A stretch of DNA of 34,712 nucleotides, taken from positions 1-34,712 of IMG/VR virus record IMGVR_UViG_3300006641_000089; one strand, given 5' to 3'. The position numbers and the translations under genes were made by a program. Below, piece after piece: positions 18,080-25,699 of the stretch. Source of the DNA: a virus. Taxonomy: Duplodnaviria > Caudoviricetes. A model generated the notes under the pieces. It did no database searches, was not told the origin of the DNA, and worked only from the letters and a program-made list of their open reading frames with translations. Position 1 is the stretch's first letter, and every line of letters starts with the position of its first letter.

Positions 18080-19525
18080 TTAAAATGTTGGAGATGATAT
18101 AATTACATCAAGTAAATATCTATTATCAGATGGTATTGGAGCAGAAAACATAATTGTAGCACTTGTAGAAGACGGAACGCCTGAAACTATTGCAGCTAAT
18201 AAATCTGAATCAGCAATTTCTGCGCCAGTTCCAGTTGCTCTAATATTTGGATTAACAATAGGATTTCCACTTGTGTTATTATAAGTAATTGTTTTGTAAG
18301 TATCATTAAGATTTAATGAATAAGATTTCGCATTGAATCTATTTTCCGTAATTACTTCATAACCACTTATTCTTAAATCTGTAAAATATCCAGTTCCTCT
18401 AACTTCCATTTGACCAGAAGGAAGTGAAGTTCCAATGCCTATAGAACTTCCTGATAAAAGATTTAATATACCACTAACTGAAGATCCAGTTTGAAAATAA
18501 ACCTTAGATCCAGAATTATAAAAAGTAGCAGAATTATTTCGATTATAAATTTTTCCACTAATATCAAAATAAGCGCCTGTTTTTAAATTTAAATTAGAAT
18601 TATCATTAAATGTTAAGTAAGCGCCGCTATTAAATTCTGAATAAGTAGAAGCGTAAAAACTTTGATTAGCGCCAGCTAAAAAGTTAAAAGAATTAATTCC
18701 TGATAAATTAATAGTGTTTTGGAAAATGCCACTACCAGAAATATCAAAAAAAGAAGTGTCATCAATCGATAATTTATTTGTTATTATTAAATTTTCAACT
18801 TCACCTGTTCTTAATATTTTTGTATATCCAGATAAATTTGTATCAGTTAAAAAGTCTTGTTTTATTCCTGAAAAAGTAACTACTCCAGATCTAAAATTAG
18901 CAGTTGAATTAAAATTATTTGTGCCGCTAAAATTATTTGTTCCTGCTGAATAAATATTTCCGGTAAAACTTGAGTTACCAGTAAAAATATTTGAGCCTAT
19001 GAAATAATTAGTTGTTCCTCCTCCTGCATTACTACCTAAAATATTATCTCCTAATAAATTAGCTTTACCACTAAAAGTAGAAGTTGAAACTCCTACACTT
19101 AAAGTATTGTTTATAACTACAGAACTATTAAAAACAGAAGAATCATTAACAGTAACTGGATCATTAAAAACTGCTGCTCCTTGAGAAGTGAACGTTCCAG
19201 AAGTAGTAACATTCTTCTCGAAAAATACGCCCGTTTTAAATGTTGCTATTCCTGAAATTAAAGAATTTCCACTAACAATTAAATTTTGATATCCAGTAAT
19301 ATCTCCTGAAAATTTCGCGCCAGAATTAAAGAACGCTTCTTCTTTGAAAGTAACATCATTATTGAATGAAGCTTCTCCACTAAAAGTAGATTTACCAGTT
19401 ACAAATAAATCTTTATATATTGATATAGAGTCAACGCCAGTTACACCAAAGCCAAATGCTCCTGTAATGTAACTACCTATTTCTCCAGATTTTATCTGTT
19501 TAAGTCCTATTAAACTCTGCGGCAT
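18080..19525 (-). CDS. Beta-helix or fibre-like structural protein (481 aa), paralog of 27531-28697
   Basis: Roughly 6-residue xxFSG/xxFNS repeats typical of beta-solenoids. The first 23 aa are identical to the 388-aa protein. The C-terminal beta domain (..FSAPIPSDNRYLLDV) is distinct. Confidence 0.7.
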   Translation of the reverse strand: MPQSLIGLKQIKSGEIGSYITGAFGFGVTGVDSISIYKDLFVTGKSTFSGEASFNNDVTFKEEAFFNSGAKFSGDITGYQNLIVSGNSLISGIATFKTGVFFEKNVTTSGTFTSQGAAVFNDPVTVNDSSVFNSSVVINNTLSVGVSTSTFSGKANLLGDNILGSNAGGGTTNYFIGSNIFTGNSSFTGNIYSAGTNNFSGTNNFNSTANFRSGVVTFSGIKQDFLTDTNLSGYTKILRTGEVENLIITNKLSIDDTSFFDISGSGIFQNTINLSGINSFNFLAGANQSFYASTYSEFNSGAYLTFNDNSNLNLKTGAYFDISGKIYNRNNSATFYNSGSKVYFQTGSSVSGILNLLSGSSIGIGTSLPSGQMEVRGTGYFTDLRISGYEVITENRFNAKSYSLNLNDTYKTITYNNTSGNPIVNPNIRATGTGAEIADSDLLAAIVSGVPSSTSATIMFSAPIPSDNRYLLDVIISSPTF

Positions 19526-19533
19526 AAATTAAA

Positions 19534-19539
19534 TTACAC
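19534..19539 (-). promoter_or_regulatory. GTGTAA putative phage late-promoter motif
   Basis: Minus strand reads GTGTAA-TTTAATTT-ATG (start 19525), directly downstream of a terminator, where a promoter is needed. Confidence 0.7.
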
Positions 19540-19548
19540 TTTATATAT

Positions 19549-19578
19549 AAAAAAAGGCTATCGTTATTGATAGCCTTT
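19549..19578 (-). terminator. Rho-independent terminator after the 116-aa gene
   Basis: Minus strand reads AAAGGCTATC-AATAAC-GATAGCCTTT, a hairpin running into a T tract, 23 nt after the stop. Confidence 0.8.
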
Positions 19579-19601
19579 GCATTTTTTTTATTAAATAAAA
19601 A

Positions 19602-19952
19602 TTACTTACCTTCTGCTAAAATCTTTAAAACTTCTTTATCAATTTTAGCTTGAGCTTCTTGAGGTCCTGCAGTTTTTCTATAACTACTGACGTGCTTTTT
19701 AAATTCTGAAATTAAAGTTCTTTTTAAATGAGGAATATTATCAATAGGAACTAAACCAATTTTCGAAGCATGACTCCAAAGATCTGTTTTATTCATTTCG
19801 TCAAGTTTTTGAATATAATCATCTTCATTCATCGTGCCGTACTTAAACAAACCTTCGTCTCCCCAGATTTGATCTAAAGTCGTTGGTACAAATTTTTCTT
19901 CCATAGCGTGAATTTGAGACATATCTTCTAATGATTTCTTTTTCTTCGCCAT
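19602..19952 (-). CDS. Hypothetical protein (116 aa), possibly with a helix-extension-helix (Rho-N/SAP-like) motif
   Basis: Clean ORF between two terminators. LDEMNKTDLWSHASKIGL resembles Rho-N/HeH motifs; this domain call is weak. Confidence 0.7.
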   Translation of the reverse strand: MAKKKKSLEDMSQIHAMEEKFVPTTLDQIWGDEGLFKYGTMNEDDYIQKLDEMNKTDLWSHASKIGLVPIDNIPHLKRTLISEFKKHVSSYRKTAGPQEAQAKIDKEVLKILAEGK

Positions 19953-19960
19953 ACTAAATT

Positions 19961-19966
19961 ATTATA
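19961..19966 (-). promoter_or_regulatory. Sigma70-type -10 element (TATAAT) for the 116-aa gene
   Basis: Minus strand reads TATAAT-AATTTAGT-ATG, downstream of the capsid terminator, with no SD. The surrounding sequence is very AT-rich, so a chance match is possible. Confidence 0.4.
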
Positions 19967-19986
19967 AAAAAAATATATATATAAAC

Positions 19987-20018
19987 AAAAAAAATCGGGG
20001 AGGATTTCTCCTCCCCGA
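19987..20018 (-). terminator. Strong Rho-independent terminator after the major capsid gene
   Basis: Minus strand reads TCGGGGAGGA-GAAA-TCCTCCCCGA-TTTTTTTT: a perfect 10-bp stem, a GNRA loop and a U8 tail. Confidence 0.93.
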
Positions 20019-20035
20019 CTTTGTTAAGAGTTGAA

Positions 20036-21166
20036 TTAGGCGTCAACGACAGAGATACCGACGATGGCACGGGCGTCTAAGCACATGCGACCCTCTTCGA
20101 TAAATCCGTAGAAACCAGTTTTATCAGCTCTGTTATTGTTGAATTGGTCATCAGGGATAGCAGTGAATGTACCACCGCTCTCAGCTTGACGAGCAACAGG
20201 ACGAATAAAGGCTCCCTTGCTGTTATCGATACCAACGATGAGTTCGTCACCAGAGGTAGAGAAATCAGTGCTGCCAGCAGCATTTCCGAGGTTATTTCCG
20301 GCGCCGAGGAAGGAACCGAAAAGAACGTTGTACTTCTTGCTAACACCAAGTTCGAGAAGCTCATTGAGGTTTACGCCGAAGATAGATTGAGCGCCAGCGG
20401 CACGATAAATCTCTTCGCGAACAGCTTCAGGTAATTGAGGAGCAGAGTTGATGCTGGTGGAAGTGTTAAGAGGAGTGAAGGAGAAAGCTCTGATGCGTTG
20501 CATGATTTCAGGAGAAACATACAAATCAGTGATTCCCTTGCTGTAAGGAGCTACAGGAGTACCACCATCGTAAGCAGAGTTAATTCTCTTCATACGAGTC
20601 ATAAGAGCGTTCAAGTCAGCCAAACCAAAAGTGGTGGTGGCGCTAGTGATAACGTGCTTAAGAGCAGAACCACCTTTAGGAGTGGTAGAACCGTTAGCGA
20701 GAGCTTTCAAAATAACAGCCCAAGCATTGCGCTCTTGCTTAACGAGAACTTCGTTAGACATACGTTCAACAGCCTTGCTAACTACGTCAAGACGAGAACG
20801 ACGAGCATAACGCTTTTGGAAGCTAACAGCGCTATCCAAACGGTAGGTTTGGAATTTAACTTCGCCGCCACCAGTTACTTCTGAAGTGGGGAGACCACCA
20901 GCAGTATTTTGGTGCCAGACTTGGATATATCCAGCGGTCTCATTGTAGTAGAGATCGAGGGGATAAGAAGGAGAATCATCCTCATCGTACTCGGCATCAG
21001 TATAGATTGCGCTAGAAGTACCAGCTTTGTAGAGAACCTTTTGAACTACAGGTCCGAGGAAAGCGGCGAAAGCTTCTTGAGCTTCTCTGGCAACGATAGC
21101 GTTGCGAGAACCCATAGCCTTGATTAACTCAACTTGTTCAGGCGTATTTTTAAGTTTAATTTTCAT
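20036..21166 (-). CDS. Major capsid protein (HK97 fold, inferred), 376 aa
   Basis: Position after portal, protease/scaffold and decoration gene. TAAGGA SD, codon usage rich in C-ending codons as in highly expressed genes, and a strong terminator after it. A long backbone-helix-like segment (DVVSKAVERMSNEVLVKQERNAWAVIL), DLYVSPE and the C-terminal G..LDARAI pattern fit capsid proteins. Confidence 0.85.
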   Translation of the reverse strand: MKIKLKNTPEQVELIKAMGSRNAIVAREAQEAFAAFLGPVVQKVLYKAGTSSAIYTDAEYDEDDSPSYPLDLYYNETAGYIQVWHQNTAGGLPTSEVTGGGEVKFQTYRLDSAVSFQKRYARRSRLDVVSKAVERMSNEVLVKQERNAWAVILKALANGSTTPKGGSALKHVITSATTTFGLADLNALMTRMKRINSAYDGGTPVAPYSKGITDLYVSPEIMQRIRAFSFTPLNTSTSINSAPQLPEAVREEIYRAAGAQSIFGVNLNELLELGVSKKYNVLFGSFLGAGNNLGNAAGSTDFSTSGDELIVGIDNSKGAFIRPVARQAESGGTFTAIPDDQFNNNRADKTGFYGFIEEGRMCLDARAIVGISVVDA

Positions 21167-21200
21167 GTTATAAATCCTTATGTTAAAGTTTGTTTATCTA

Positions 21201-21773
21201 TTAAGCTACAGAGGTCTCAAGGAATGAGTTGAAGTTGAGCAATGCGAGAGTGCAGCCATCAGTATCAGCAGCGCCTAAACAGATACCAACTTGCTTGGCT
21301 CCGCTAACGCTACCGATTGAGAGTCCACCAGAACCAGAAGTATGAATCTTGGAACCAGCAGCAGGAGTTCCATTGATACCACTGAGCAAGAATACGCCCT
21401 TAGTAGCGATAGGAACGGTTTGGCCGGGAATGACAGCGCCAATCTCAGCAGCCTTACGAGGATCGAATTTGAGAGGCAAACCATTCTCGTCGAGATTCTT
21501 AACGTCTTGGAGAAGAATTCCGAGTGGGGTGTCGGTTTGTCCGCAGAGGGTGACTGTGGCGGGAACGTTGAATCTAGGAGAAGTAACGTTGCCGAATGAA
21601 GCTCCGATATCAGAATCGAGAGTCAAGTCATCGGTAGCTTTCCAGCCGGATTCGATTTTAACGACTGCACCTTTAGTAGCTACAGAGGAGCTAGAAAGGT
21701 CAGCGGTGCTATAAGCGAATAAACCGAGAATATCGTATTCGCTAACTTGTCTAAATGGTCTTAATGTTGCCAT
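21201..21773 (-). CDS. Capsid decoration or cement protein (190 aa)
   Basis: Lies between scaffold and capsid genes with the same high-expression codon bias and an AAGGA SD. The PLGILL..V..GQTVPIATKG..G..G.KI..S..G.L..VG.CLG pattern resembles beta-tulip decoration proteins. Confidence 0.7.
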   Translation of the reverse strand: MATLRPFRQVSEYDILGLFAYSTADLSSSSVATKGAVVKIESGWKATDDLTLDSDIGASFGNVTSPRFNVPATVTLCGQTDTPLGILLQDVKNLDENGLPLKFDPRKAAEIGAVIPGQTVPIATKGVFLLSGINGTPAAGSKIHTSGSGGLSIGSVSGAKQVGICLGAADTDGCTLALLNFNSFLETSVA

Positions 21774-21809
21774 AATTTTTCCTTATTTATTATTTATTTT
21801 TTTTGTTTA

Positions 21810-22442
21810 TTAAAGTTGGACTACAAATCCATCTTCATCGAAAGCCTTCTTGTATTTATCAAGAACACTTTCAGAAGCCGTGCTAGAATTAGGAACTCCG
21901 CCATCTTTTACAGTGGCGTTGTCAATAGCATTTTCAACAGCTTCATTTACGGAAGCAGTTGCGGAAGCCATAATTTTACCTTTTTCCTTTTCTTCGGTAG
22001 GAGCGGGAACAGCAGGAGCAGGTTTCTTGCCCTTGAGTAATACGCCCATTTTCTTTTTATAAGCAGCAAAAGCATCTTCACACATATCAGCGATATCGGA
22101 AGCGATAATTTCGCGCTCTTCAGAAGAAAGTTCGAATTCACCATCGAATCCAGCCATTCTTTGGTTAAATAGTTCTTGCTTCGCTTTAGCTTCATTCTCC
22201 TTTTGAATTTCAGCTAAGGTAGCAGAAAGCTTTTCATATTCAGCCTTTAAAGAATCATGCTCTTTAGACAAAGCTTCGATTTTTTCAGAAGAAGCTTTAA
22301 CTGCGTCTTGAGCTTGATTTTTTTCAGCCTCGAATGTTTCCGAAGCCTTTTTAAGCTCTTCAGAAATGAAATCTGTGATAGCGGAAGCAGCAATTTGCTT
22401 CAAGCTCTCATCAGTAATGTCAGAAATACTTTGAATCTTCAT
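21810..22442 (-). CDS. Putative nested in-frame scaffolding protein (from Met277, 210 aa)
   Basis: The in-frame ATG at 22442 (MKIQSISDITDE) follows an intergenic-like AT-rich stretch, CTGTAT-TAAATAATAAAGTT-ATG, and sits at the protease/coiled-coil boundary. Confidence 0.6.
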   Translation of the reverse strand: MKIQSISDITDESLKQIAASAITDFISEELKKASETFEAEKNQAQDAVKASSEKIEALSKEHDSLKAEYEKLSATLAEIQKENEAKAKQELFNQRMAGFDGEFELSSEEREIIASDIADMCEDAFAAYKKKMGVLLKGKKPAPAVPAPTEEKEKGKIMASATASVNEAVENAIDNATVKDGGVPNSSTASESVLDKYKKAFDEDGFVVQL

Positions 22443-23270
22443 AACTTTATTATTTAATACAGTGTTTTTATTATTTTGTGAAATATCAATTTGTTGATTT
22501 GCTTGGGAATTTTGCTCTTTTTCTTCCTCTACGGGTTTTGAAGTTAAAATTCCTTTGACATCAGCAGCTGGAGTTTCAGTTAAACCAACTCCAAGAGGAA
22601 CAACTTTATCAATAATTTTACGATAGATTTTTCTACCGTCTTCTGTTACTCCTTTGCCGCCAAAAGATCTTAAAAGTCCTTTATATTTTTCAATTTCGCT
22701 AGGTTCAGAAATAATTTCTGCTGTAGCGATATTTTTTTCGTCTTGATTTAAAAGAACTAAATTGTAATTAGAAAAACCTAACTCCCAAGAAGCAGAGATA
22801 GATAAATAATCCTCACTAGAAGGATCTGAAGAATTTTCGACTAATTTAGAAATTCTAGGATTAACGATTTTCCATAAAACACCACCGAGAGTGATGTTAA
22901 ATGGTCCATCCATTTTAGATGCTTCTTCTTCGGTCAAAGGAGCATCTGTTCCGAATTCACTAAAACCAGCTTTCAAAATTGCGCCAATAATCTTCTCTCT
23001 ATTATGTTCAATATTAATTGGTTTATTAATAAAATTTTTATAAATATCAATAGCTGTTTTAGTATCTAAAACATCACCATTTCTATTTACTCTATTCGCT
23101 ACACAAGCATTAAAAGCAATAGGAAGTAAATCAATATTTGCGTCAGTATCAACATCTGGAACAAATTGACCTATTTTTTCTAAGCTTGCTAAAGCTAAAT
23201 TCATATCAAAATCTTCTGAATGAAGAGTTTTGATTTCTGAACTAAAAATTGTTTGAAATTGAAATTTCAT
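21810..23270 (-). CDS. Prohead maturation protease fused to a coiled-coil scaffolding domain (486 aa)
   Basis: N-terminal NRNGD..KPINIEH (His)..ISASWE (Ser)..GVGLTETPA motifs fit the HK97/assemblin-fold serine proteases. The C-terminal ~210 aa are an E/K/A-rich coiled coil. Confidence 0.82.
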   Translation of the reverse strand: MKFQFQTIFSSEIKTLHSEDFDMNLALASLEKIGQFVPDVDTDANIDLLPIAFNACVANRVNRNGDVLDTKTAIDIYKNFINKPINIEHNREKIIGAILKAGFSEFGTDAPLTEEEASKMDGPFNITLGGVLWKIVNPRISKLVENSSDPSSEDYLSISASWELGFSNYNLVLLNQDEKNIATAEIISEPSEIEKYKGLLRSFGGKGVTEDGRKIYRKIIDKVVPLGVGLTETPAADVKGILTSKPVEEEKEQNSQANQQIDISQNNKNTVLNNKVMKIQSISDITDESLKQIAASAITDFISEELKKASETFEAEKNQAQDAVKASSEKIEALSKEHDSLKAEYEKLSATLAEIQKENEAKAKQELFNQRMAGFDGEFELSSEEREIIASDIADMCEDAFAAYKKKMGVLLKGKKPAPAVPAPTEEKEKGKIMASATASVNEAVENAIDNATVKDGGVPNSSTASESVLDKYKKAFDEDGFVVQL

Positions 23271-23271
23271 A

Positions 23272-23571
23272 TTATTCCTTGATTCCTAATTTTTCTTTTG
23301 TTTTCTTTGGAAAAGCTTTTACAAATTCTGGACCTTTCTTTTGAGCAAATTTATAAAGTTTTTGGATAAAAGCTTCATAAGTCATAGAACCACTGTAACG
23401 ACCAAAATTACTAATGGCGTCACGAATGTCTTGAGGACTTACAATTGGGAAACTTCTCTCTTTTGGAAAAAGGAAATCAGAATCTTTGAGTTCGCTGCGT
23501 TTCTGACCTTTAAAGGTTTTTTGGGCGGCGACAATTTGTTCTGAGAAATCTAGTTCGATTGAGTCATTCAT
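23272..23571 (-). CDS. Small head-module protein (99 aa), DUF6582-like
   Basis: KRSELKDSDFLFPKERSFPI..DIRDAISNFGR matches my recollection of the DUF6582 pattern. TAA-T-ATG junctions on both sides. Confidence 0.65.
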   Translation of the reverse strand: MNDSIELDFSEQIVAAQKTFKGQKRSELKDSDFLFPKERSFPIVSPQDIRDAISNFGRYSGSMTYEAFIQKLYKFAQKKGPEFVKAFPKKTKEKLGIKE

Positions 23572-23572
23572 A

Positions 23573-23938
23573 TTACTTAAGAGTTAAAAGATATTTAGTT
23601 TTATTTAGATCTCCTAAAATCTCATCTCTTATATTCAAGAGATCTGAATCTTTGACTGGATCTAAAAGAGTTGGTAATTCTACAATCAAATAAGTAATAA
23701 AAGTATCAATTGCTTGAACTGGACTACTTGATTTATAATTTTGTAGAGTAATAGCGAAAGTTCCATTGGCGTTAATACGTCCGTATTTGCCCATGAAAAC
23801 TTCAATAAAATCGTCGATAGAATCAGTTAAGCTTCCATAGAGACTACCAAAGGTTTGATGCTCGGCATATCCGTATGTTTGCCAGTGATAAATTTTAATT
23901 TGGTTCTGAATCTCTAACATTTTTGATACTATATTCAT
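23573..23938 (-). CDS. Ferritin/Dps-like four-helix protein (DUF5856-like, 121 aa); start corrected to 23938
   Basis: Motifs QIKIYHWQT..AEHQ..Y..L..IDDFIEVFMGKYGR..DLLNIRDEILG..YLLTL. The ATG at 23938 has an AAGGA SD and avoids the 101-nt overlap with the upstream gene that the 24052 start would need. Confidence 0.78.
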   Translation of the reverse strand: MNIVSKMLEIQNQIKIYHWQTYGYAEHQTFGSLYGSLTDSIDDFIEVFMGKYGRINANGTFAITLQNYKSSSPVQAIDTFITYLIVELPTLLDPVKDSDLLNIRDEILGDLNKTKYLLTLK

Positions 23939-23951
23939 ATTTAAAATTCCT

Positions 23952-25001
23952 TTACCATTTTGTTTTTTCGTATTTTGAACGATATTCATTAACATCCTCT
24001 GAAATTCCGCCTTCCTTTTCTCCATGTTCTTTTTCAGGAGGATTAATTTCATCAGAAATTTTTTGCAATTGTTTTAAAACAGAAGGAGTAAGAGTAGAAG
24101 GGATAAACTTTTTAGGATCGAATTTTCTTAATTGATCTTTTGTTTTTGCTAAAATATCTCCCTTTTTGTAATTAGCTCCATCATTAGTTACTTCATAACT
24201 AACAACTTTACCCATATTATCTGGTAAATCTTTAACTTCTTTTACAATTCCTTGGCTACCGTAATGCGCACATTTTGAATTAATATTCATTACTGCGCAG
24301 CCTTCTTCGAAATCATCTTCAGAATTTTCAATTACTTCTGAAGCATATCCTTCTCTAGGATAAACAATATAGCCATGAACATTATTGATATAATTTTCAA
24401 TCAAAGCGATGTCTGCTAACATCCAAGGATCAGAACATCTAGCTGCGGCAGCTGGATCATTCTTAATTAAATCAATCATTTCTTTCAATTTCTCAGCGCC
24501 AGCATCGAAAATAGTAACAGCCATTTCAGCAGACTCTTGAGCGTTGAAAAGCATTTCTTCTGGATCTTTTTCAACTTCGATATCATCAGCCTGCGCCAAT
24601 TCTGGATTAATTTTTAATAATTCATCTTGATCCCAGAACGTTTCTCCGTCCCACTCTTGTTGAAATAAATCTACAGAAGCTTTTAAGACTTCAGTAACTG
24701 ATTTTCCTGATTGCCATGTTTTACATGACCAATAACGAGCTTTCCATTTTGGACCGGGATTGGTATCGCAATGATGACGAGCGCGAAAACTCTTTCTACG
24801 GTTGGGATCATCTCTCTTGATCTCCATATTTGGATCGCCAAAATTTACTTTGACGATATTGCCCTTGTCATTTTTGACATAAACTGAAAACTTTTTAGGA
24901 CCATTTGGGGTTCTAAAAGGTTTGTTTAAAGTCTTTTTTTCTTTTGCGGCGACAGAGATTTGTGCCGAAAAATCTATTTCTACGTGTTGATTATAATTCA
25001 T
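23952..25001 (-). CDS. Multidomain head-module protein (349 aa) with a basic DUF6321-like domain, acidic linker and small C-terminal beta domain
   Basis: TLNKPFRTP..KKFSVYVKN..KVNFGDPNMEIKRDDP.RRKSFRARHHC..ARYWSCKTW is a pattern I recall as DUF6321. It is followed by acidic segments and a C.HYGSQG.V domain. Confidence 0.65.
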   Translation of the reverse strand: MNYNQHVEIDFSAQISVAAKEKKTLNKPFRTPNGPKKFSVYVKNDKGNIVKVNFGDPNMEIKRDDPNRRKSFRARHHCDTNPGPKWKARYWSCKTWQSGKSVTEVLKASVDLFQQEWDGETFWDQDELLKINPELAQADDIEVEKDPEEMLFNAQESAEMAVTIFDAGAEKLKEMIDLIKNDPAAAARCSDPWMLADIALIENYINNVHGYIVYPREGYASEVIENSEDDFEEGCAVMNINSKCAHYGSQGIVKEVKDLPDNMGKVVSYEVTNDGANYKKGDILAKTKDQLRKFDPKKFIPSTLTPSVLKQLQKISDEINPPEKEHGEKEGGISEDVNEYRSKYEKTKW

Positions 25002-25659
25002 ACCATAAATGAGTTGTTTCTTCGTCGTCTAAATAAAGTTCTTCGACATCTTCGAAATCATAATTTAAATCAAATTGTTTAATATCAGCTTCAGCATTTT
25101 CAAAATCAACTTCTTCTACTTCCCAATAATCAGAAATATCAATTAAATTAGAAGCGCGAGCGATATCTGAGTCAGCTTTTCGATAAGAATCTTTAACTGA
25201 TTTACCTGACATCATTCGCAAAAACATGTTTACGCGGGCTAAAGCCCATTGTCCTCTTGTTTTTCCGGGTCGGTGAGAAGAGCTAAAAGCTCCAGCGCCA
25301 CGTCTATAAACCTTCTTTAACTGATTAAGAGTGACTTTTCTAGAGCTTTTACTATTATGCTCTTTAACCTTATTACTAAGAGCTTCTATAACTTTGCGAG
25401 AAAAGGTTATTGCGGATCCATCTTGTCCAGCAGATCCTGATTTATTTTTAGAAGATCCTTTTTTTCTTTCTGAAGGTTTCGCTGGAGTTTGCGCGGCGCT
25501 TTTTGGTCCAGATCTTTTAGCTTCAATTTCAACGTCTAATTTTTCTAATTTAGGGACGTTCAAGCTCTCTCCAGAAACAGCAACATCTTCAGCAGGAGTT
25601 TTAACCTCCTGCTTCTCATATTCAATTTCAATAGAATCTTGTTTAATTTCGAAACTCAT
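24991..25659 (-). CDS. Head-module protein (222 aa) with a basic DUF5824-like core and acidic termini
   Basis: LKKVYRRGAGAFSSSHRPG..QWALARVNMF resembles the DUF5824 pattern as I recall it. Both termini are strongly acidic. Confidence 0.65.
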   Translation of the reverse strand: MSFEIKQDSIEIEYEKQEVKTPAEDVAVSGESLNVPKLEKLDVEIEAKRSGPKSAAQTPAKPSERKKGSSKNKSGSAGQDGSAITFSRKVIEALSNKVKEHNSKSSRKVTLNQLKKVYRRGAGAFSSSHRPGKTRGQWALARVNMFLRMMSGKSVKDSYRKADSDIARASNLIDISDYWEVEEVDFENAEADIKQFDLNYDFEDVEELYLDDEETTHLWYEL

Positions 25660-25669
25660 TTTTTTATTA

Positions 25670-25675
25670 TTACAC
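25670..25675 (-). promoter_or_regulatory. GTGTAA putative phage late-promoter motif
   Basis: Minus strand reads GTGTAA-TAATAAAAAA-ATG (start 25659), in the 40-bp gap after the portal gene. Confidence 0.65.
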
Positions 25676-25699
25676 TTTATTTGGAGAATTAATAAATAA

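Noticed and set aside
3797-18953. Numerous 60-94 aa antisense or out-of-frame ORFs within the fibre genes
   Set aside because: They are fully nested in well-supported long genes and read as antisense translations of Gly/Thr/Asn-rich codons.
20077-22457. Dense cluster of alternative-frame and antisense ORFs over capsid, decoration and scaffold genes
   Set aside because: Higher GC and strong codon bias remove off-frame stops. There are no independent SD sequences or recognisable domains.
23939-24052. N-terminal extension of the 159-aa ORF in the track
   Set aside because: It would overlap the 349-aa gene by 101 nt. The ATG at 23938 has an AAGGA SD and begins the conserved domain.
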